Shown: positions 44,589-49,655 of the stretch, piece after piece | How positions within the stretch are numbered: position 1 is the first letter of the stretch | How the letters are laid out: each line of letters begins with the position of its first letter | Origin: an uncultured Candidatus Saccharibacteria bacterium | GTDB taxonomy: Bacteria > Patescibacteriota > Kazan-3B-28 | Assembly: GCA_964434605.1 (NCBI GenBank) | Contig: CAYSVM010000003.1 | Coordinates: forward strand, 1 to 49,655 | Direction of reading: 5' to 3' | Length of the DNA: 49,655 nt | Position numbers and translations under genes: made by a program | The notes under the pieces: model-generated | Databases searched by the model: none | What the model saw: the letters and a program-made list of their open reading frames with translations, nothing else | What the model was told of the DNA's origin: nothing

Positions 44589-45756
44589 TATTCTTTTTTG
44601 CTTCTTCCAAGACCAGTAGGGTCTTTTGGGCAGTAGTTTCCCAATCTAATTGGCGAGCGATTACCTTTCCTTTAGCAGTAAGATTTTCGCGCAGAGTAGG
44701 GTTGGTAAGCATTTTTTCTATTGCATCTACTAGTCCGTTCACGTCGGTTGAGGAGATAAGGATTGCGGCATCACCAGCGACTTCAGGCAGAGATGAGACA
44801 TTGCTACATATTACCGGACATCCGCAGGCAAAGGCTTCTAGGATCATGAGACCGAAGCCTTCGTAGAAAGACGGGAAAGTAAAGACAAAAGCGTGTTGCA
44901 TTAGAGATATCTTTTCTGCTTCTAAAACTGGTCCAGTAAAGATAACTTCTTCGGCGAGACCTAGATCTTGGATAGTTTTATAAAGTTCAGTTGTCATCCA
45001 GCTTTTTCCTCCAGAAACAACCAGTTTAATTGTATCACCGTTCGTCTGTTTGAATTGGTGTAGGGCTCGTACTACAGTAATTAAATTCTTACGCGGTTCG
45101 ATACTACCCACAAAATATATATATTTGTCTGGTAGTTGCCATTTGTTTTTTAGATTGGAAAAGAGATTTTCATTTGGGGTTTGGAAATATTCTTTATCCA
45201 CTCCTTCGTAGATGACATGGATTTTTCCAGGATCGGTTTTAAGAAGCTTCACCATATCTCTTTTGGTGTTTTGGGAAATGGAAATAAGGGCATCTGAGGT
45301 ACGGGCTTCAAAAGGATATCCCATCTGCCATTGCCAGAGACGAGAAGATAGAGAATAGAATTGGGGGAAGAGGAGGAAGATAAGGTCATGAAAAGTCGTT
45401 ACCTTGGCACACTTTTTTGATAGGGGCAAAAGGCGGGGAGAAGGCATCCACATTACATCCAATCCCCCACAGACAATATCTGCCTTAGGCCAGTCAAAAG
45501 ATTTGAACATGAGATGCAGAGAAAGAGAAAGGTTGGACCATTTGAGTTTACGAATCTCAACATTCGGACTTGTTAGGATAGGGAATTTTTCTATGAGATC
45601 TACTAAGATTTTGTCTTGGTCTTTGTAGGAAACATAAAACAACACATAGGTGTGGTTACTTTTTTTTATAAGCTCTTTTAGAACAGAGATTGTATATTGC
45701 TCAATACCGGAAATCTTTCCAGTAAGAAGAGGTCGAAGATCCACTCCTATTCTCAT
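44551..45756 (-). CDS. glycosyltransferase, GT4/GT1 (GT-B) family
   Basis: C-terminal motif FPSFYEGFGLMILEAFACGCPVICSNVSSLPEV. Confidence 0.88.
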   Translation of the reverse strand: MRIGVDLRPLLTGKISGIEQYTISVLKELIKKSNHTYVLFYVSYKDQDKILVDLIEKFPILTSPNVEIRKLKWSNLSLSLHLMFKSFDWPKADIVCGGLDVMWMPSPRLLPLSKKCAKVTTFHDLIFLLFPQFYSLSSRLWQWQMGYPFEARTSDALISISQNTKRDMVKLLKTDPGKIHVIYEGVDKEYFQTPNENLFSNLKNKWQLPDKYIYFVGSIEPRKNLITVVRALHQFKQTNGDTIKLVVSGGKSWMTTELYKTIQDLGLAEEVIFTGPVLEAEKISLMQHAFVFTFPSFYEGFGLMILEAFACGCPVICSNVSSLPEVAGDAAILISSTDVNGLVDAIEKMLTNPTLRENLTAKGKVIARQLDWETTAQKTLLVLEEAKKNNAKQVLQRKTQS

Positions 45757-46892
45757 AGCTTCCTTGGCTCCGGTTTAGTGTCTAAATGTGCTTCAACGAA
45801 TTCGATAATCTTTTGCTTGAAAACGGGCAAATCAAATTGTTTGGCACGCTCGCGACAAACTTCAGGAGAAAAAATAGTTTGCTCAAATTTGTGAATTGCT
45901 TCAGTTAAAGAAGTAGCCGATTGTTCTGAGAATAGAATTCCAGTTTGTCCGTCAATTACAGTTTCCAGCGCACCACCTTTGCTGTATACTATAACTGGTT
46001 TGCCGGCAGACATTGCTTCCAGCGGAACAATCCCGAAATCCTCTTCTTGCGGGAAAATTACCGCCTTGCATCCCAAAACTATTTTTGTGGTATCTGCGTC
46101 TGAAATCTTGCCCAAAAACTCAATATTTTCTTTTCCCGAAGCCATCTTTTTCAACTTTTCCATTTCCGAGCCGTCTCCCACTATCTTCAGTTTGGAGGAA
46201 AGAGCGGAAAATGCTTCTACAACTAGATCAGTTCGCTTGTAAGGCATTTGTCGCCCTAAGACTAAATAGTAGTCCCCCACTTGTGACTCGCCTGAGAATC
46301 TATTGAAATCGACAGGGGGATTAATGACCGTTGAATCCATATTGTAATATTTGCGAATACGATTTTGGGTATGACGAGAATTGGCGATAAAGAAATCTAC
46401 TCTATCTGCCGCTACCCTATCCCACTTGCGCAGATTGTGAATCGTTGAAGGGATAAAAAGTTTGGCAATTGGATCTAAAATCCCAAATTGTTTTGCTTTT
46501 AGGTATTCGTGGTAGTGGCTCCAGAAATATCGGGTTGGAGTGTGGCAATAACAAATGTGTAAGGTTGAGGGTTGAGTAAGAATGCCCTTTGCTTCAGCAG
46601 AGGCGGAAGAGATAACCAAATCGTATTTGTCTAAATTCAGACTTTCAAATGCTTTTGGACGAAGGGTGGGGAAAAGTTGGTGTTTGAATTTTAATGGCCA
46701 TTTTTGCAGGTAGGTAGTAATTACCTTTCGTTGAGAGAGTTCTGGAAAAGATTCTGCTTTATAAACGGAAGTGAAAATATCTGCTTGGGGAAAGATATCC
46801 GCCAATGCCAAAATCACCCGCTCGGCTCCCCCTCGGTCCGTTAGCCAGTCTGCCACAATCGCCACTTTGAGCTCCTGAAGCCTTTCTGCCAT
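45753..46892 (-). CDS. glycosyltransferase, GT4/GT1 (GT-B) family
   Basis: C-terminal motif FPQEEDFGIVPLEAMSAGKPVIVYSKGGALETV. Confidence 0.88.
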   Translation of the reverse strand: MAERLQELKVAIVADWLTDRGGAERVILALADIFPQADIFTSVYKAESFPELSQRKVITTYLQKWPLKFKHQLFPTLRPKAFESLNLDKYDLVISSASAEAKGILTQPSTLHICYCHTPTRYFWSHYHEYLKAKQFGILDPIAKLFIPSTIHNLRKWDRVAADRVDFFIANSRHTQNRIRKYYNMDSTVINPPVDFNRFSGESQVGDYYLVLGRQMPYKRTDLVVEAFSALSSKLKIVGDGSEMEKLKKMASGKENIEFLGKISDADTTKIVLGCKAVIFPQEEDFGIVPLEAMSAGKPVIVYSKGGALETVIDGQTGILFSEQSATSLTEAIHKFEQTIFSPEVCRERAKQFDLPVFKQKIIEFVEAHLDTKPEPRKL

Positions 46893-46904
46893 AGACCTAT
46901 TGTA

Positions 46905-48287
46905 TCAGTAGCTTCCCTTACGAGCGAAAACTGCCTTGAAGGTCAGGAGCATGATCTTGAAATCGAGCCAGATAGACCAATGCTCTAGATAATAGACGTC
47001 CATTTGCACATAGTCATCAAATCCTGTGTCGCTTCGTCCAGAGACCTGCCAGAGTCCGGTCATACCGGGCTTAATTAGCAGTCTTCTTTTTGCTGCATCG
47101 CCATATTGAACAACCTCATTGGGAAGGGCTGGGCGTGGCCCTACCGCGCTCATATTACCAACAAAAATATTAAATAGCTGAGGCAATTCATCTAATGAGG
47201 TTTTGCGGATGAATTTTCCTACTTTTGTAATGCGAGGATCATCTTTCATTTTGAACATTGGACCACTCGCTTCATTTTTCTCCGCCCGTAGTTTTTCCAG
47301 TAGTTCTTCTGCTCTCTTTCCTCCCAGACCCGGGCTCATTTCTGCATACATTGAACGGAATTTGTAGAAGGTAAATAACTTGCCGAGTTCGCCAACTCTT
47401 TTTTGGGAATAGATTACAGGTCCTTTGGAATCGAGCTTGATAGCAATTGCGACAATTAGCATTACGGGAGATAAGATAATAATTCCCAAAATACTCAAAA
47501 CGATATCAATAAATCTTTTGACGATTCTCCCCCATCCTGAAAGGGGTGTGGGAGCAATTTCGATTAACGGATATCCGGCAACCGTATCTATAGTGATGTG
47601 GGAGGTATAAAGGCTGGTCAGACTTGGAACATATTGGAGAGTAATCCCACGGTCTTCACAGAAGCGGATTAGTTTCAACATTTTTTCTTTATCTAATTCT
47701 GCACCAAGAATGATTCGATTCAGTTGGGTTTGGGTAAGTAGGTTTTCTTCATCAAAGAAGCCACTGATGCCGAGCAATTTCTTGCCCGGTCGACGGGATT
47801 TGATGTAGTTTCTCAAAACTATAGCAATGTTGCCTTCAGCAATCAGCCAGACTCCTTCTACTCCGGTGCCGTAATATTGTAGCCATTGTTTAACGAAGTT
47901 GATAAACGCTCTACCTAAGGGAACCATTAAAATGCTTAGTCCCCAAAAATAAACGACAATCAAACGAGAAAAGAAAGAAGTTTGTACTAGAAATAATCCA
48001 ATAATAAACAGCGCTAGAGCAACTGATGTTGCGGTGATAACTTTTCCAAACAATTCTCCTTGCTTGAGCCCACGAAATTTATACAATCCAAAGATAAAAA
48101 ATACTACTAGCCATAGAAGAGATAGTTCGGCAGTATATTTCGCGTATTCATGGATGGGCTGGATATAGATGACATCTGTAGTTGTCCAACCAATACGGAT
48201 GTAATAAGCTGCTAGAAAAGCGCCCCAGACCATTAAGAAGTCTACTGGTAAAAGAAGTATTGTAAATATCTGATTAAATCGCTTCAT
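46905..48287 (-). CDS. polyprenyl-phosphate sugar-1-phosphate transferase (WbaP/EpsL-type initiating transferase)
   Basis: Bac_transf motifs KRFIDIVLSILGIIILSPV...KLDSKGPVIYSQKRVG...FYKFRSM...DELPQLFNIFVGNMSAVGPRP, after a multi-TM N-terminal domain. ATG at 48287 chosen because the ORF-track start at 48350 runs into tRNA-Val. Confidence 0.88.
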   Translation of the reverse strand: MKRFNQIFTILLLPVDFLMVWGAFLAAYYIRIGWTTTDVIYIQPIHEYAKYTAELSLLWLVVFFIFGLYKFRGLKQGELFGKVITATSVALALFIIGLFLVQTSFFSRLIVVYFWGLSILMVPLGRAFINFVKQWLQYYGTGVEGVWLIAEGNIAIVLRNYIKSRRPGKKLLGISGFFDEENLLTQTQLNRIILGAELDKEKMLKLIRFCEDRGITLQYVPSLTSLYTSHITIDTVAGYPLIEIAPTPLSGWGRIVKRFIDIVLSILGIIILSPVMLIVAIAIKLDSKGPVIYSQKRVGELGKLFTFYKFRSMYAEMSPGLGGKRAEELLEKLRAEKNEASGPMFKMKDDPRITKVGKFIRKTSLDELPQLFNIFVGNMSAVGPRPALPNEVVQYGDAAKRRLLIKPGMTGLWQVSGRSDTGFDDYVQMDVYYLEHWSIWLDFKIMLLTFKAVFARKGSY

Positions 48288-48317
48288 ATTGGAACCTAGC
48301 CCCCCAAGTGGCTTATA

Positions 48318-48393
48318 TGGTGGGCGGTAGAGGATTCGAACCTCTGACATTCACAACGTCAATGTGACGCTCTACCAACTGAGCTAACCGCCC
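48318..48393 (-). tRNA. tRNA-Val (anticodon GAC)
   Basis: Hand fold: acceptor GGGCGGT/ACCGCCC, anticodon stem TCACA/TGTGA, loop TTGACGT, CCA encoded. 76 nt. Confidence 0.9.
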
Positions 48394-48421
48394 ATATTTC
48401 AACCCCAATAGATTAGCTAAT

Positions 48422-49063
48422 CTACTGGTATTTGCCAAGTACTTCGAGAATACGTCCACGAACAGTTTCTAGTGCGTCCTGAAGTTCTTCGATCCCACGA
48501 TTGTTGTTAATAATCAAATCTGCTTCTTCTTTCCCTGGTTCGACATATTTGTCGTGCATAGGTTGAGCAGAAGTAAGATATTGATTTAGGGATTCTTCAA
48601 ATGTTCTGTCGCGTGTTCCAACATCTCTTTTTAATCTGCGAGCCAAACGAATATCCAGATCGATATCAATAAATATTGTTAGATCTAAAAGGTTGCGTAC
48701 TCGGGGATCGGTTAAGATGAGAATGCCTTCGACAATGATTACTGGAAGCGGTTCAATATGTCTGGTCTCTGGTTTGCGTGTATGGTCACCAAAGTCATAT
48801 TGGGGCATTTCAATCGCCTCACCGTTTTTCAATGCAGATAAATGCTGGTAAAAGAGTTCTCCGTCTAAGGCGCTTGGCTCGTCGTAGTTCAAGTCTTTCC
48901 GTTCTTCTAATGGAATATTCTCACGGCTCCTGTAGTAATTATCATGAGACAGAATAAGGATTTTGGTGGGATCGGCTTTTTGCAGTTCTTGGGCTACATA
49001 GGTTTTTCCTGAGCCGGTACCTCCAGCTACACCGATAAAAAATGGGGTAATGGTTTTATCCAT
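48422..49063 (-). CDS. udk: uridine kinase
   Basis: FIGVAGGTGSGKTYVA P-loop, SHDNYY, and IVEGILIL motifs. Confidence 0.88.
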   Translation of the reverse strand: MDKTITPFFIGVAGGTGSGKTYVAQELQKADPTKILILSHDNYYRSRENIPLEERKDLNYDEPSALDGELFYQHLSALKNGEAIEMPQYDFGDHTRKPETRHIEPLPVIIVEGILILTDPRVRNLLDLTIFIDIDLDIRLARRLKRDVGTRDRTFEESLNQYLTSAQPMHDKYVEPGKEEADLIINNNRGIEELQDALETVRGRILEVLGKYQ

Positions 49064-49090
49064 ACATCTATTATGCCATATCTTAGATTA

Positions 49091-49119
49091 TTTACATCTG
49101 GAGCGAAAAAATGTATAAT
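49091..49119 (+). promoter_or_regulatory. rnpB promoter
   Basis: TTTACA (49091-49096), 17 nt, TATAAT (49114-49119). The first paired nucleotide of the RNase P P1 stem (49127) lies 8 nt after the -10 element. Confidence 0.6.
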
Positions 49120-49126
49120 ATATTTG

Positions 49127-49533
49127 CTCTTTGCAAGTGTGTAACCGCCCTATATCAATTGGTATAGGGAGGAAAGTCCGGACACCGTTTGGAATTTGGG
49201 AAGTCGCTAACGGCGACCAGGGGCAACCCTAGGGAAAGTGCCACAGAGACTATACTATTTCGCTAAGGCGAGAGAAAGGTGAAAAGTTGTGGGATGTGTT
49301 GTGTGAAGAATCAGGCCAAACCTGAGGATTCGCGCCTCTTGCCACCCGCAAGGCTCCATCGTGAGATGGAAATTCTGGTAAACCCTTCTCGGTGCAAGTT
49401 GGGCTGGACTGAATGTATCAACAGCGTAAGTTCCAACTGGATATATTTAGACCCCAACGCTTGAGTCTTACAGCAATGTGAGATCTAGATAGATGGTTAC
49501 CTCGACAGAATCCGGCTTATAGCTTGCAAAGAG
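49127..49533 (+). ncRNA. rnpB: RNase P RNA (bacterial type)
   Basis: Conserved GGGAGGAAAGTCCGGAC (P4 5' strand), GGAAAGTGCCACAGAGA, GGTAAACCC, and ACAGAATCCGGCTTAT (P4 3' strand). P1 is formed by CTCTTTGCAAG (49127-49137) pairing with CTTGCAAAGAG (49523-49533). Confidence 0.9.
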
Positions 49534-49541
49534 TTTTAAAA

Positions 49542-49562
49542 AGACCACATTAGTGGTCTTTT
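49542..49562 (+). terminator. intrinsic terminator after rnpB
   Basis: AGACCAC-atta-GTGGTCT followed by TTT, and preceded by an A-run. Confidence 0.6.
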
Positions 49563-49598
49563 GAATGATTGTTTTGACGGAAAAGCTAGAAAATAGTT

Positions 49599-49655
49599 AT
49601 GACTAGCTGGCCAGAATATACGCCAGCTGTTTTAGCAGCGAGATTGGTGAAGTCT
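49599..49655 (+). CDS. possible 5' end of an unidentified CDS running off the window
   Basis: ATG at 49599 opens a frame (MTSWPEYTPAVLAARLVKS...) that stays open to the window edge. Only 19 codons are visible and there is no clear SD. Confidence 0.25.
   Translation, partial: MTSWPEYTPAVLAARLVKS

Noticed and set aside
49279-49464. 61-aa plus-strand ORF
   Set aside because: It lies entirely inside the RNase P RNA gene, between the conserved P4 strands.
1-49655. Alternative genetic code (UGA recoding, as in some CPR lineages)
   Set aside because: Conserved genes reach full length without in-frame TGA. TGA is used as a stop (dCMP deaminase, 36172-36174, 5 nt before a tRNA). tRNA-Trp has the standard CCA anticodon.
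1-49655. CRISPR arrays, long tandem repeats, integrases, transposases or prophage remnants near the tRNA clusters
   Set aside because: I saw no regularly spaced repeats by eye. No ORF has recombinase or transposase motifs. I found no direct repeats flanking the HNH or HTH genes. A computational repeat scan would be needed to rule out short degenerate repeats.

Overview
Gene-dense window, almost entirely minus-strand, from a small streamlined bacterial genome. Its core is one uninterrupted co-directional array of 41 translation and transcription genes running from 32418 down to 3738: rpoB-rpoC-rpsL-rpsG-fusA-tuf, the S10 and spc clusters, secY-adk-map-infA-rpmJ-rpsM-rpsK-rpsD-rpoA-rplQ-rplM-rpsI-secE-nusG-rpmG. 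An HTH/nuclease-like ORF and tRNA-Trp follow it. The left end holds a partial OpgC-like membrane protein (missing from the ORF track), a small lipoprotein and a divergent ABC-2 exporter pair. Upstream of rpoB lies an envelope block (LysM protein, DUF218, LemA, HtpX, tandem-domain lipoprotein). Next come nucleotide-salvage genes fused to very tightly packed tRNA arrays (9 tRNAs in total, all with encoded CCA), and a plus-strand HNH endonuclease gene wedged between tRNAs. Further right are an orphan family-5 solute-binding protein, secG, a plus-strand bactofilin / DAGK-like / infC-rpmI-rplT unit, a four-gene glycan-initiation cluster ending in a DUF4012 protein, udk, and RNase P RNA with a clear promoter and terminator. 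I saw no rRNA, CRISPR array, integrase/transposase, or recognisable defence or toxin-antitoxin system. The standard genetic code fits. The missing L30 gene, the compaction, the extended ribosomal proteins and the salvage enzymes fit a CPR/Patescibacteria-like organism, but this window alone cannot prove that. The most unusual items are a tRNA-Leu with an A34 (AAG) anticodon, 0-2 nt tRNA spacers and CDS-tRNA abutments, and two free-standing homing-endonuclease-like genes in conserved tRNA/ribosomal contexts. Also notable are the fused super-operon lacking rplKAJL and rpmD, and stable hairpins flanking rpsJ. All calls come from hand translation, hand folding and remembered family motifs; no searches were run.
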